Part shown: positions 51,152-64,000 of the stretch, in pieces
Position numbering within the stretch: the first letter of the stretch is position 1
Layout of the letters: the number at the start of each line of letters is the position of its first letter
Assembly (NCBI GenBank): GCA_030324005.1
Contig: JARDVH010000106.1
Span: 55,882,026-55,946,025, forward strand
Source: Negaprion brevirostris
Taxonomy: Eukaryota
Length of the DNA: 64,000 nucleotides
Reading direction: 5' to 3'
The notes under the pieces: generated by a model
What the model was told of the DNA's origin: nothing
The model's database searches: none
The model's input: the letters and a program-made list of their open reading frames with translations, nothing else
Translations under genes and position numbers: made by a program

Positions 51152-54100
51152 AGTTTGGTATTTGGCAATGCAATCCAGTACTTGACCAATTGACTTGTCA
51201 TAGTCATGTGACACAGCCAAGAGACAATCTGCCTCTGCAGGCAGACATCTTGATCATTTGGATAAAAGTCTCTCCATGAAACACATGAATGAAGACTGCT
51301 GTCCTTATGTTTGCTACATGGTGTCAGAGAGCGACAAAAATAGATTTTGAAACTCTCAAAAGGAGCAGAAAAGACACAGGAGAACCCAGGAACATAAAGG
51401 TTCAAAATTTGTGAAAATCGGCTTCAGAGAGCAAAAGAAAACAGACAAAGGCTGCAAGGTTGCAAGTGAGGTGCCTCAGAAAAGTGCACACATGCTGCAA
51501 GTGAAATTACTATCTGCAGAGAAAAAATGAAACACAAAGGCTGCAAGTAAATTACTCAGTGAATAAAAATGGCTGCAGTAAATGTTTCAATCCCATTTCA
51601 TCACACTGTGGTGGTACTTGGTATACCTGGCAGTTTTTCCACTTACAACAGCAAAACTTTGAGATTACAAATGGTTTGATTAATAAGTCTGTTAAAACTG
51701 CTGGGGGTGGACTGCTACAATGTATATGTCACTCTAAATCTATCAAATAAAGAAAGAAAATGACAGAGATTTTGAAAGCCTTAAATACACATGTGAACTG
51801 CAAATGAATGTTACATATGAATGGTATGTATTCAATACAGAGTTCAGAATAAAAATTAGACCATTGACCAGTGTGTCACAGTTGTAACAAAACCAGCAGA
51901 ATCATGTGAATTTGGACAGCTAAAATATGACCTGATTAAAGACAGATTGGTCCTAGTTGAGACAGACCCCTTGGTGAGGGCCAGTCTACTGGAAGGTGAG
52001 AAACTGATGCTGAGAAAAGCTCACGTGTCAAAATGTAGAAGTTATGAAACTCAGTGAGAGCATATGTATGGCAGAGCAGACCAGGGGATACATTATGCTC
52101 AGTGACAATCCATGTTGAAAGAGCTGGACAATCATAGACAAAGGTCAGGATATTGCAGACCATAGCATGCATAGGAGAAGATTGCCCAGTGTGGGGAAGG
52201 CAGTGTTTTAACTGCAAGAAGCAAAATCATTTCACACACCAGTGTTTGGTGATAAAAAAGCCAAACAGGTGGTCGGGGAGAGATTTCAGCAGACATGTCT
52301 GATGAAGAATTATACACAAAACAACACATTGGTTCAGGCAAGTCTATAGGAGACATATGGTTTGTCACTGTTCCAATGATGACTACAGAGGGGGAGATCA
52401 AGTGACTAAGAAGTGTTCGATACAGGTGAATCATGCAANNNNNNNNNNNNNNNNNNNNNNNNNNNNNNNNNNNNNNNNNNNNNNNNNNNNNNNNNNNNNN
52501 NNNNNNNNNNNNNNNNNNNNNNNNNNNNNNNNNNNNNNNNNNNNNNNNNNNNNNNNNNNNNNNNNNNNNNNNNNNNNNNNNNNNNNNNNNNNNNNNNNNN
52601 NNNNNNNNNNNNNNNNNNNNNNNNNNNNNNNNNNNNNNNNNNNNNNNNNNNNNNNNNNNNNNNNNNNNNNNNNNNNNNNNNNNNNNNNNNNNNNNNNNNN
52701 NNNNNNNNNNNNNNNNNNNNNNNNNNNNNNNNNNNNNNNNNNNNNNNNNNNNNNNNNNNNNNNNNNNNNNNNNNNNNNNNNNNNNNNNNNNNNNNNNNNN
52801 NNNNNNNNNNNNNNNNNNNNNNNNNNNNNNNNNNNNNNNNNNNNNNNNNNNNNNNNNNNNNNNNNNNNNNNTACCAGGATGCTGCCTGGTTTGGAGGGTA
52901 GGTCTTATGAGGAAAGGTTGAGGGAGCTGGGGCTTTTGTCTTTAGAGCGGAGGAGAATGAGAGGCAACTTAATACTGGATGACGGGGACGTTCAGAGACG
53001 ATTTCCTCGGGTGGATGTAGCTGTTAGTGGGGGGCAGAACTATAAGTTCCATGGTGGGAGATAGAGGAGGGGTGTCTGAGGTAGATTCTTCACCCAGAGA
53101 GTGGTTGGGGTGTGGAATACACTGCCTGCTGTAATAGTGGAGTCGGACACTTTAGGAACTTTCAAGTGGTTATTGGATAGGCACATGGAGCACTCCAGAA
53201 TGATAGGGAATGGGATAGCTTGAACTGGGGTTTGGACATAGCTCGGCACAACATTGAGGGCCAAAGGGCCTGTACTGTTCTATGTTAGACAGAAAATCCC
53301 AGAGAGAGGGGAACGATATTCAAGCAAACCAGAAGATGGTTGTTGACCACATTGGTGCAATGAAATGCACAAGCCGAAGTTATATGGGTAAGGGTAATGT
53401 TTACATCAGAGTTGAACTGGAAGAGTTGAAGGGCAAGATTCCAGCTGAGTTGAAAATATACAACAAACTGATACCTTCAATGAACCAAACCGAATGAAAT
53501 CTGAACAAACCAATTTCAGAGACAACTTGAAGGTGCTAGGAAGAAAGAATGGCCCACAATTTCACAGTTGGAAACTCAAAGCAGGAGTTGGAAAACCCAA
53601 CCCTAGACACTGACACAACAGCAAGCATATATACTCAACCAGTGAAGCTGCTCATTCCCAGCCACTGGGCAACAAGGGAGAAGGGACCTCACCAGCTGTA
53701 CTGAGTACAAAATCACCATTATTCCAGAGGTCCATGAATCCCCAAGGACGACACAAACAACATACTAACATTCTCCAGACAAAGAACATCAGCCAGGTGA
53801 ACAACCAATGTCAATGCACATGCATTTCATTGTGAGCCTCACACGATTTAACGACTATGTGTGCAATACATGTGCAGAGCTTGACTAGTGGAATAAACAG
53901 TTGTCAATGCATCAGAACAGCATGTACACAAAGGGTAACTTGAGCAACTCACAGTCACACAGGATCACGTATGCAAATGTATGTTTTGTTTACTGGGAAG
54001 AAGGGGATGCTTGTTTTTTTTTATATGAAGAAAGGTATGTTTGGGTTTTGGAAATACAATCCTGTGCTGTCTGACTAACTGAACTGCCATCGTCATGTGA

Positions 54101-54210
54101 CTCTGCCATGAGACACTCTGCTGTGGAGTCAGGCATCTTTGTTGAGCAAAAGCCTCCTACAGAAACACACTAATGAAGACTGCTGTCCTTATACATTCTC
54201 CCAAAACACA
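51152..54210 (+). mobile_element. Decayed Ty3/Gypsy (Mag-like) LTR retrotransposon
   Basis: Two ~170-bp LTRs (51152-51318, 54038-54210), PBS TGGTGTCAGA at 51319, purine tract before 3' LTR, gag AESCEFG..DLIKDRLVL, CCHC knuckle CFNCKKQNHFTHQC (52204-52245), protease FDTGESC (52416), integrase-like HIGAMKC and RFNDYV. Confidence 0.9.
52872..53284 (+). mobile_element. CR1 LINE 3' end nested in the Gypsy element
   Basis: [34 protein letters not shown]; tail GAGGGCCAAAGGGCCTGTACTGTTCTATG. Confidence 0.92.
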
Positions 54211-54284
54211 GCCAATGAATTAAAAAAATAGCCACTGCTTTAAAGTGGCAAATTTGGCCAAAGCTCAATCCCCCAAACAGAAAT

Positions 54285-54560
54285 ACAACGCTTGGTGAGG
54301 GCTAAATATTTGCCAGTACACCTGGGAAAACTCCCCTACTCTAATTAGAATCGAATGCTGGATCTTTTAGACCCACTTGAGGGAGCAGACGGGTGCTCAA
54401 TTTAGCATGTCAGCTGGAAGACGATAGCTTTGACACTGCAGTNNNNNNNNNNGTACTGATGTATTAGTCTAAATTACATGCTAAGGTCTCTGGAGGGGGA
54501 CATGGACCCGTAACCTTCCAACCTAGAGGTGAGAATGCTACTATTGAACAATGGCTGACA
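54285..54560 (-). mobile_element. Deu-domain SINE (SacSINE1/AmnSINE1-related)
   Basis: GGATCTTTTAGACCCACTTGAGGGAGCAGACGGG...GAAGACGATAGCTTTGACACTGCAG resembles the recalled inverse Deu domain; inverse tRNA-like head at right. Confidence 0.7.
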
Positions 54561-56958
54561 GCTGTGGGTAGCTTTCATATATCACAGAAGATCACTAGAA
54601 TTATGCATAATGGAACATTTTTCCTTAGTATAATTGGGTGTAAGCATTTTAATTTCATAACTCACGTAAATTAAACTGTCCATGTTACACATTTTGCACT
54701 GCAGTATTTCTTTACAGAGTTCAAGCATAGCTGAAAATGAAATGGAAGATCTGAGCAACTACAGGTACACCAAGAAGACAATTTTCACAGAAGGTTAAGA
54801 TTAAATTCCAAGAAACTAAATCAATAACTAAATCTATAAAAATAGCTCAGTCAAAAATCCTAATCATCATGGTGTTGTTCTTTTTACAGTATCATCCCTG
54901 TTTTATCCCCATCGTGTTCACTGGCAAAATCAATATACCCTGTTACTTACACAAATACACACCACCACCACTGCTCTCCATTACACTAAAGAAACAAACA
55001 GACAGCTCTTGATATATCACCCGATGCAGTGCTGACACTCAACACTACAAGCTAACAGTTTGAAAAAAAACTGGCTACAAATGTGACTGAGAATTGGTGA
55101 TATCAGAAATATGAGGGCAGGGGATCAAGGTGTGAGAACAAGGGACAGAGTCTGAAGGTCTGGTTATAAAAACCACCGGTTATATCATTAAAATTTAACA
55201 GGTGATGAGTACTGAACCAGTGATAAATGAGGACTGCATGAGAAACCTTTTGTTCTTTGGATGTCAGCTTAATGGGAAAGAAATTTAAATCGTTGCAACA
55301 TAAAACAATTTTATGCAGCATTTTTCTGTTTTCCCTGAACTTTCAGTGATGAAACCATTTGTATTTTTGTGGTAGCTCTTTCTCTTGTATTGCTCTCTCC
55401 CACTGAAGTAGTGCAAAGAGAATTGCTATTTCAGCAGTTGTGACCACACTGGCTTGATTGATGAGAAACATCCCTTTCTCATGTATAATTGCACCATCTA
55501 TTACTGAGACAAGATTCTGAATAAACAAAGTGTTTTACTTTTGGTGAGAGTTTATGAATTTGTTGTCAATTTTGCATTCATTAAAGCAATGGATGAACAG
55601 GTCTGATCAATCTTGCTCTCTGCAGGATACACAATTGTATCAAATATTCCCTCTCATAACTCTCACAGAATTGCCCTTCTAGAACAATTCTACATCTATT
55701 TAATGCAATTTGTGTTTCAATTAATGATCGCCACAAGCAAATTAAGCATCATGCTCTCATGAATATTTGTGAAGCTACTAGTCAGATTAGACAGCGACCA
55801 TTTAGTGTGTTAACAGAAGCCAATGGAAATGCTTCTTCTGCTATTTTAATATATAATCAAACCCCTTTTGGAAACAATGCAGATGCACACCTTGTTACTG
55901 TTTCAAGGATTGTGTGCTCACATGAGAGCAATATGGATGTGCTATCTTTCTTGCCACCAAAGCTGTCTAAACCTAGATATCAAAACTTCCTGACATATGA
56001 TAGCTGTACAAACATAAAACCATCATTTTCACAACCTAAAATAGCCCAATGGGGTAAGAAATCCCAGTAGGAGTTACTTAGTTGAGAATTCCACCATCAA
56101 TCAAGTTCACATGTTTATTCTCGACTTCCAGCAAGAAATTTCTCAGCTATAAAAACACACTGTTTGTATCCTTTAAATGACAAAACAGTGTGAGAATAGG
56201 AATTTTCAAAGACATTGCCATCACGCATTATTGATAAGAAACATTAAATGAATGTTTTGTGGTGTCAAACTTTGAAAAATTATTCTGAACCGTAGGTCAA
56301 CCAATTATTCTGGGAGCTAAATGTAAACAGCTGAGCAGGTGGTGATGGTCGCAGGGGGTGGGCGGTCTCCTGATGTAATTATGTGTCCTTTGAGTTTAGA
56401 GATCAGGAAGCCTCAAATCTGATCCCTAGTCTGTGCTGAAGAGAAATTCCAGTTACATAAGCTGGGCACATTGTAATTAAGCTAAGTGCCATCAGTTGAA
56501 GGAGCAGAAAACGAGCTTCTGTACCCGATTGCTAAATAGTAGCTCTTTCTGGAAGTATGTTTGTATGAACAGGCTTGGCTGTGAATTCGCTGGGAGTTAA
56601 TTATTCCATCAAAGCTTACTGAGGTTCACATGTTGTTCAAGCGAGGCAGAGCCCATGGAATCGTACCTAGCCCAAGCCATCAGCCAGAATTTTCCTGGAA
56701 ATGCACTGTGCATTAGCAGGTGTGAAAAATGGTGCTCCACCCACCTGCCGCAATGGTGTGTTTTCACAGCGTATTGCCGCCCACTTCAGACCTGATTTAT
56801 CATTCAACCATGGGAAATTCCACTGACTGGCAGCATCTGATTCACCACCCCACCATGAACGGAGTGCTCGGGGTGTCATATTCAAATGACACGCCTGCAC
56901 AGTTTTTGCCATTTCTACAGTATAGAAGGAAATGGCTTCCAAAGGCATAAAATATGCA

Positions 56959-57072
56959 AGGTGCAATTTTCCGCCAGTGGGATTCTCCGCTTCCGCTGAA
57001 GTGAATGGACTTTTGAATGGCTCACCGCATTATAAACCCCACCTCTTATTGAGGGGCCACAAAATTCAACCC
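56959..57072. mobile_element. Short MITE, inverse copy of the 30015-30138 family
   Basis: Shared GACTTTTGAATGGCTCAC and terminus AAAATTCAACCC. Confidence 0.7.
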
Positions 57073-58063
57073 ACTGTGTCCAAATTCAGTGACAACCCAC
57101 TGGTGCATCTGTTGGATGCAGTCGAGACATGACGCCATGTTTTTGACTCCCAGTTTGGTGGCAGGAATTCCACCAGGGTGACCAATGGAAACCCTGCCAT
57201 GCAGTCCCTTTCCTCAGTCCTGCCTGGTCCTTCCTCAATCGAGCTCTGGCCTTACTGTACCATAAACGCCACCTCCATCATCTTAACTCTAGTGTGGTAG
57301 CTGTAGAGGCTTGCCTGTGAGAGCCCTCAGTCTAGCTCTGAACCTCATGAGCGCTGCACAATGCAAGGTATGTGAATTAATCTCAAAGTCATGAGCAAAG
57401 TGCAGGTTGCCAGCTGCACATGGTTTATATACTTTTGTGAAACATGTTGTTCTAACTGCATGCCTATGTGTGCTATTAATCCAGTGTGGAGGAATGATGC
57501 ATGCGGGCAAGTGTCATAATAAGATGCAGTTTTATGGTAATGATATTTGCAACATTTGGCAGCAGGGACCATGGCCCACTCTCGAGGGCTGAGGTGCACA
57601 ATAACAAACCTGTTTTACGCTGTTGTAAAACCAGCTTTGGGTCTTCTCCTGAGAGTTAGCGTTCCACCTGCCATTTACCACAATCGGCAGCAGAAAGTAC
57701 CGAACCCTGGGAAGGGGGATGGGTTGGGCCAGGGATAGTGATGAAAATAATTAGCCACATCTTGTTTTAAAGTAATAATGGGTTGATGAGGGACACTATG
57801 TGCAAATTGCCCAGCAAGAGCTATGCCGTAAGTTATGAATCCCCAGGGCCTGCTGGCTGATTTACACTGTTCTGTTGCTTAATTTGCATGAAGAGCATCT
57901 GGCCATAAAATAATGGAGAAGCTGAAGTATTTTAAGATGTTGCTTGATTTTCCCATCAATTGTTCATTAAAATTCACCACAAACAAATAAATCAGGTGGT
58001 TAACAGAGTGGGTGCCCTTTTAATGACGTGATATTTGTCCCCAATCAATCTTCCTAACTCGAA

Positions 58064-58421
58064 GGGCACAGTGCTACAGCGGTTTGCACTGTGCTCATGT
58101 CGCCAGGAATCCGGGTTCAATTCCAGCCTTGGGTGACTGTGTGGAGTTCGTACATCCATCCCATGTCTGCGTCGGTTTCCTCCAGGTGCTCCAGTTTTCT
58201 CCTACAGTCCAAAGATCTGCAGGTTACGTGGATTGGCCATGCTAAATTGCCCCCTAACTGTCCAAAGATGTGTGGGTGAGGGAGATAGGTTAATTGGCTT
58301 AAATATGTGGGGTTATATGGGGTTGGACCTTGGTAGAATGTCTATCAGAGTATTGGTGCAGACTCAATGGACCAAATAGTGCTTTCAGTGACCTCCTTAT
58401 GCACTGTAAGGCTGCTATGAT
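58064..58421 (+). mobile_element. HE1-like SINE, near full length, CR1-type tail
   Basis: B box CCGGGTTCAATTCC, body GGTTTCCTCCAGGTGCTCCAG...GGATTGGCCATGCTAAATTGCCCC, tail GTGCAGACTCAATGGACCAAAT...GCACTGTAAGG. Confidence 0.9.
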
Positions 58422-58832
58422 ACCAATAAAGCACNNNNNNNNNNNNNNNNNNNNNNNNNNNNNNNNNNNNNNNNNNNNNNNNNNNNNNNNNNNNNNNNNN
58501 NNNNNNNNNNNNNNNNNNNNNNNNNNNNNNNNNNNNNNNNNNNNNNNNNNNNNNNNNNNNNNNNNNNNNNNTTCTCTATTTTCTTAATCAAAACTTTATT
58601 TCTGTTTATTTCTCTTTCTGGGCATGATTTGCCATTTCTGTTTTCTTTCTTAATTCTTTAACATTGGTTAAGGAGATAAACAGTTGACCCCACTGTTCAA
58701 TAAGGTACCAGATAACTGGTTGCCTTCTCCTCGCTGCCGTGGCACTTCCAGCAAATTTTTCCATGAAAACATTTAAGAGCAGAAAAGCATAGGAAAATGT
58801 CTGCCTAAAGGCATGTTTTTAAAATTAATTTA

Positions 58833-60420
58833 TGGGATAACGGCTTCACTGACCAACATTTATTGCCCTTGAGAAGGTGGTAGTGAGCTGCCTTCTTGAA
58901 TTGCTGCAGTTCATGTGGTGTTGGTTCACCCACAGTGCTGTCAGGCTTGGAGTTCCAGAACTTTGACCATGAAGGAATGACATTTGGTTTCCAAGCCAGG
59001 GTGGTGAGTGGCCTGAAGGGAAAGCCAGGTGGTGGTATCCTCTTGTAACTGCTGCCCTTGTCCTCTTGGGTGGGAGTTTGAAAGGTGCTGTCGAAGGAGC
59101 CTTGGTGAGTTCCCGCAGTGCATCTTGTAGATGGTAGACACTGCTGCTCCTATTGGTCAATGGTGGAGGAATATTCCATCGCGCTCCTGAATAGTGCTTT
59201 GTGGAATGTGGGAGTCAAAAGGTGAGTTACTCTTTTGTTCATGTTTGAACTGAGTCTGTAATGACGTGAAGAGCTGTGCCCTGGTGGATCCCAAAATGAG
59301 TGTTAGTGAGTCGGTTATTGCTAAGAAAATGCCACTTGATAGCACCGTTGAAGATCCCTTCCATCAGTTTACTGATGATGGAAGGGGACTGATGTGTTAA
59401 TTGGCTGTGTTGGATTTGCCCTGCTTTTTGTCTACAGGACATACCTGGCCAATTTTACACACTGCCAGGGAGATGCCAGTGTCATAGCTGTACAGCTTGG
59501 CTAAGGGTGCGGCAAGTTCTGGAGAACACGTCTTCAGTACTGTTGCTGGAATATTGTCGGGGCCCACAGCCTTTGCAGCATCCAGTGCCTGACATCTGTG
59601 GTACTGGGGACCTCCAGAAGAGGGTGAGCTGGATCATCTACTCAGCATTTTCTGACTGAAGATTGTAGCAAATACTTCAGTCTATTCTTTTGCACTGAAG
59701 TGCTGGGCTCCTCCATCACTGAGAATGGGGATATTTGTGAAGCTTCCTCTTACGATGAGTTGCTTAAATCTCCACCAAGATTCAAGACTGGACGTGGCAG
59801 GACTGCAAGAGCTTTGATCTGATCCAATTNNNNNNNNNNNNNNNNNNNNNNNNNNNNNNNNNTTATGCTGTTTGGCATGCAAGTAGTCCTGTGTTGTAGA
59901 CTCACGAGACTGACACCTCATTTTTATGTATGCCTGGTGCTGCTCCTGGCATGTCCTCCTGCACTCTTCATTGAACCAGGACTGATCCACTGGCTTGGCA
60001 ATAATGGTAGAATGGATGAAATGTTGAACCTTGAGATTACAAACTGTGGTTGGGTACAATCCAGCCGCTGATGGTCCACAGTGCTGAACGGATGCCCAAT
60101 CTTAACTTATCCATTTAGCATGGTGATAATGCCACACAACATGATAGAGGGCATCCTCAATGAGAGGCAGGGACTTGACCTTTGCAAGGATTGTGCAATT
60201 GTCACTCCTACCGATACTGTATCTGTAGCTTGGTGAGGAAGAGGTCAAGTATGTTTTTACCCTTGATGGCTCCCTGACTACCTGCCACAGTTCCAGATGA
60301 GCATCAATGTCCTTCAGGACTCGGCCAGGTCGGTCATTAATGGTGGTACCGAGCCACTCCTGGTGATGGGCATTGAAATTCCCCACCCAGATTAGATTCT
60401 ATTGCTCAATGCCCTGTTCT
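58833..60420 (-). mobile_element. Internally deleted LINE (CR1/L2 group): APE endonuclease, RT start and 3' tail
   Basis: MGNFNAHHQEWLG (GDFN motif), VVWHYH.AKW, SWFNEECRR, SIISKLMEGI, LTNTHFGIHQG; inverse 3' tail at 58833-58920. Confidence 0.85.
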
Positions 60421-61619
60421 CATAAGATATTGCCCAACATATTGAGAAATGAGTGCAGTAGAAACAGCGATTTTATTTTAAACAGAAATGTTATCTCTTA
60501 TATTAGGTTGAGTCAGGCAGAACAGACATTAAGAACACCAGAGAGGAACCCCTGTTGTAAACACATCAGGAAGAGAAATAACTTCAAACAGGAAATAACA
60601 GGCTGGGCAAGAAATAGATTAGCTTTGGGAATCAACACTGTCTGACTTTCCCAGGGCATAAAAGTGTAATCCCTACCTCAGTATATAACATAACAGCACT
60701 CATAAGAAAGAAGAGTTTGGCCTCTATCAAGCTGCCTGCCACAGCATTCCACCAGTTCAAAGAGAAAAGAGTAGCGATAATGTAGCTTTTTGAAAACTCC
60801 ATTCCATTCTTAAAGTTAGAAAGCCGATTCGCAAAGTGGACCGGGCAAGCCTTTAATCCATCTCCTTGCTTGCTCAAAAATCCAAAATCCAATTAATGGC
60901 CCCCATGAGAAAGACATACAAGATCCAAGCTGACCTGATGAGCCATTGTAGAATTTTCTGTTATGTGTTTGTCACAGCATTTTGCAATCGCCTTAGATAA
61001 ATAGATGGTGCTGAGTTCCCCCCTAGTGGATTACTTGGTAATTGTACTGCCCAATCTGTATCAAAGCAACAGAAAGTTCCTCAGGTGTAACCTGTAATTT
61101 GTCTGAGCCTTTCATCTGCACCTCAGATATTTGTAGAGTAATACAAAAATAGTCTACATCTAGGTACGATCCGGTGATCCCTACTGCAACAATTGTTTTT
61201 TGAACTTTGGGTGTGGAGAACATGATTGTTTTGCCCATCCCCAATAATGGAATAGCCTATCAACACTTAGTGTATGCACATCTCTGGCAAATGGGCAAAG
61301 TACGAGAGGACAACCCGTATTAGTACAATAGTGCCCAATATTTGTCAGAACTTTCATGAGAGGACAGGAGGGGAAAACAAAATTGGCTGAATAAGGAAAC
61401 AAATGTGCTAACATTTTTAACTTTACCTCATCAATCTACCTGTTGCAGATAGTCCTGTCAATGACAGTATTGGTAGCACTGGCCACTCACTGTATAATCC
61501 TTGTGGAGATAAAGCCTCATCTTCACATGGAAGACACTGTCTGTTGCATTGTGTGGCATGACCACAATGCTTAATGGCCTAAATTCAGACCAGATCTGAT
61601 AATACAAAACTGGGCTCAT

Positions 61620-61925
61620 CACTGAATCCCTTCTGTGCAGAAGGAGGCCATTCAGCCATCAAACCTGCACCAACAACAATCCCACCCAGGCCCTATCCCC
61701 ATAACCCCACTTATGTACCCTGCTAATCTCCTAAACACTTTGCCATGTCCAATCAACCTAACTCACACATCCTTGGACTGTGGGACTTGGGAGAAACCAG
61801 AGCACCTGGAGAAAACCCACACAGACATACAAAGAACCTGCAAACTCCACACAGATCCAAGGCTGGAATTGAACCTGGGCCCCTGGTGCTGAGCGGCATC
61901 AGTACTAACCATTGTGCTGCCCATG
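61620..61925 (-). mobile_element. HE1-like SINE
   Basis: GAAACCAGAGCACCTGGAGAAAACCCAC...GCAAACTCCACACAGA...GGAATTGAACCTGGG. Confidence 0.9.
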
Positions 61926-62204
61926 AAGTGCTGTGGACTAACATAATGGTTCACCAGCAGCAGGATTGTATTCTATCACAAGCTATAACATCATGATCTG
62001 GCATTTCCTCAGGCAGCCTCTCTTAATTAGTACATCAATTACCTTTTCTTAATACAGGTTACAAGGAGCTTTCCTGGTCCTTAGTTCCATATATTTACTA
62101 CTCTTCAAGAAAAATGTCTGCCGTAACCTCACATTACCATTACAACAAGCTCAAGGTTATCGGCTTTCTTTCAATCTGTGTAGGAGTGTGTAAAACAAAA
62201 CATT

Positions 62205-62420
62205 TATTTTCCCTCAGAAACTCATGAGTCTTTAGAATTCTCTTCCTAAAAGAATATTTTTAAGGCAGAGGTAGATAGATTCTTGACTAACACGGGAGTC
62301 AAAGACAGCAGGCGGAACATGGCATTGAGGTCACAATCAGATCAGCTGTGATCCTACTCAACGTGGGGCAGGCTTGAGAGGCCAAATGGCCTACTCCCGC
62401 TCGTAATTGGTATGTTTGCT
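62205..62420 (+). mobile_element. CR1 3' fragment
   Basis: TTTAAGGCAGAGGTAGATAGATTCTTG...GAGAGGCCAAATGGCCTACTCC. Confidence 0.85.
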
Positions 62421-62429
62421 TGTTGAATA

Positions 62430-62942
62430 ACTCAGCTCCTGACTCCCCAAAGTTCACCATCTACAAGGCACAAGTCTCCAATTTCCTGGATGAGTGCAGC
62501 TCCAACAACATTCAAGAAGATAGATATCATCCAGGACAAAGTAGCCTNNNNNNNNNNNNNNNNNNNNNNNNNNNNNNNNATTAACGTATGTTGGCTGCAG
62601 TGCATACCGTAAAAAAGATGAGCTGCAGGAACTTGCCGAGACTTCACATACAGCAACTCCCAAACCCTCAATCCCTGCCATCTGGAAAAACAAGGGACAA
62701 CTTCAAGTTCCTTACCAAGTCACAAGCCATCTTGGTTTGAAAATCGATCCATTCCTTCATAGGCACAGGGTCAAGTTCCTACAACCCTCCCTAACAACAC
62801 AATGTGTGGCATCTCTTCATCACATCAACAGTACTGATTGAAGAGGACAGTTCATCACTACCTTCTCAAGGGCAATTAAAGATGGACAGTAAAAGCTAGC
62901 ATTGCCAGCAACACCCATGTCACATCAATGAGTAAAAAATAA
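62430..62942 (+). mobile_element. LINE 3' end (family of 58833-60420)
   Basis: TIYKAQV, WMSAAPTTFKKIDIIQDKVA; tail CCTTCTCAAGGGCAATT...GCATTGCCAGC. Confidence 0.8.
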
Positions 62943-64000
62943 TTCAGCTCAAAGTCTGAAGTGTCTTTTTAAACAGGCGATTTAACAATTTACTTTGGGT
63001 AATGTTGGATTTTTTTTTGAAAACAGCTCAAATGATTTAGATTATACAAAGAAACAAAATACTCAGGTTTTCTCAGAGTAGCTGCAGTGCTCACTCCCTC
63101 AACTTGCAATCATTAAATCTTGAATTGATGCAGAATCTGGAAACAGACGGTTATTCTGGGCTTGAAACGATCTTCTCCAACCAAAGCTATCCTCAATCAA
63201 TACCTTCTTGTGGCTGTAAATAGCTCGGTAAATTCAATAATCCTACACCTCCAGTGGACAATCAAATTAGAAAGGAGTGTGGATTGAAAAATGGTTACAA
63301 CTGTGCAATGCTCAAAGGTGTTTCTGTAGGGTAATTCACAAAGGACTGAGCATTACAGCTACTCAGAGACGAGATGTCAACAGGTCATTCAACTTGCTAA
63401 TGACCCCTGATATTAAATCAGAGACTTGAGAGGCAATATTTTAGAAAATGGAACCAATATTATTCTCTGTTCAGAAGAAGCTCCTCTTAAGCAGTCTTTA
63501 TTGGTTTAAAGAAATGATTTTGTGCTTCCTTTAAGCATATCTTGCTGCTGTGGGTGTTGGGTCAGTGAATTTATCCAGGAGTGAGAGAGATATGGAGGCA
63601 ATCTGGCGTGAGGAAAGCAGTACAGGAGCTTTGAAGGGTGAAAACATTTTCTGCTGATTGAACGAAAAGATAAATCTTGAGAACCAAGAATTTGGTGAAA
63701 TCACCTTTTAGTTTGATTAAGCTTCAGTGAAACCTTATTTTCTGATTGAAAACAGAGCTATTAAAAAACATCTCCCCCTTCCAATGAAACTTCAGAATTA
63801 ATAAAAGCTGGAACATATTAGCAACAGGAGTGTGTTCTGAATGGAAGATAAAGGCAGTAATCAACTACTGTCAGGGTCAAATATACTCAATAAAAAGATC
63901 AAGGAATTTCAAAATTATGTGTCAGTTTAAAAAGTACAAAAACATTTTCTGCAAATGAACCATCTTTCTTAAACATTTTACTTAAACTGCCCTTAAAAGA

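Noticed and set aside
52357-53064. 235-aa and 162-aa ORFs
   Set aside because: Mostly translated N gap joining a Gypsy protease remnant to a CR1 fragment
61420-61550. Exon-like minus-strand segment (QCLPCEDEALSPQGLY) as a possible further CNKSR2 exon
   Set aside because: No similarity to the expected upstream CNKSR2 sequence (KPRSFTLPRDSG region) and weak acceptor

Overview
Repeat-rich vertebrate genomic DNA from a draft assembly with many N gaps. The repeat content (HE1/V-type SINEs, CR1, L2, Rex1/Babar and Penelope-type elements, Harbinger-like MITEs) points to a shark or other cartilaginous fish. The only confidently identified gene is the 3' end of a CNKSR2 (CNK2/MAGUIN)-type scaffold gene on the minus strand. 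Its last two coding exons are 25579-25772 and 19232-19465, ending in the PDZ ligand ETHV; everything above 25.8 kb appears to be one long intron. Most listed ORFs are chance or transposon-derived. Best observations: an intact minimal hammerhead ribozyme inside a palindromic Penelope-type insertion (49058-49092); a fossil Gypsy LTR retrotransposon with both LTRs, PBS, gag knuckle and protease motif (51152-54210); a 35-bp locally templated duplication at a LINE 5' junction; SINE 3'-tail swapping; no KLHL34 downstream of the CNKSR2-like gene (possible paralog); and weak candidate exons of an unidentified plus-strand gene at 3-10 kb. Repeat family names come from recalled consensus motifs, not database searches, and their boundaries are approximate. 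I found no clearly novel multi-gene system.
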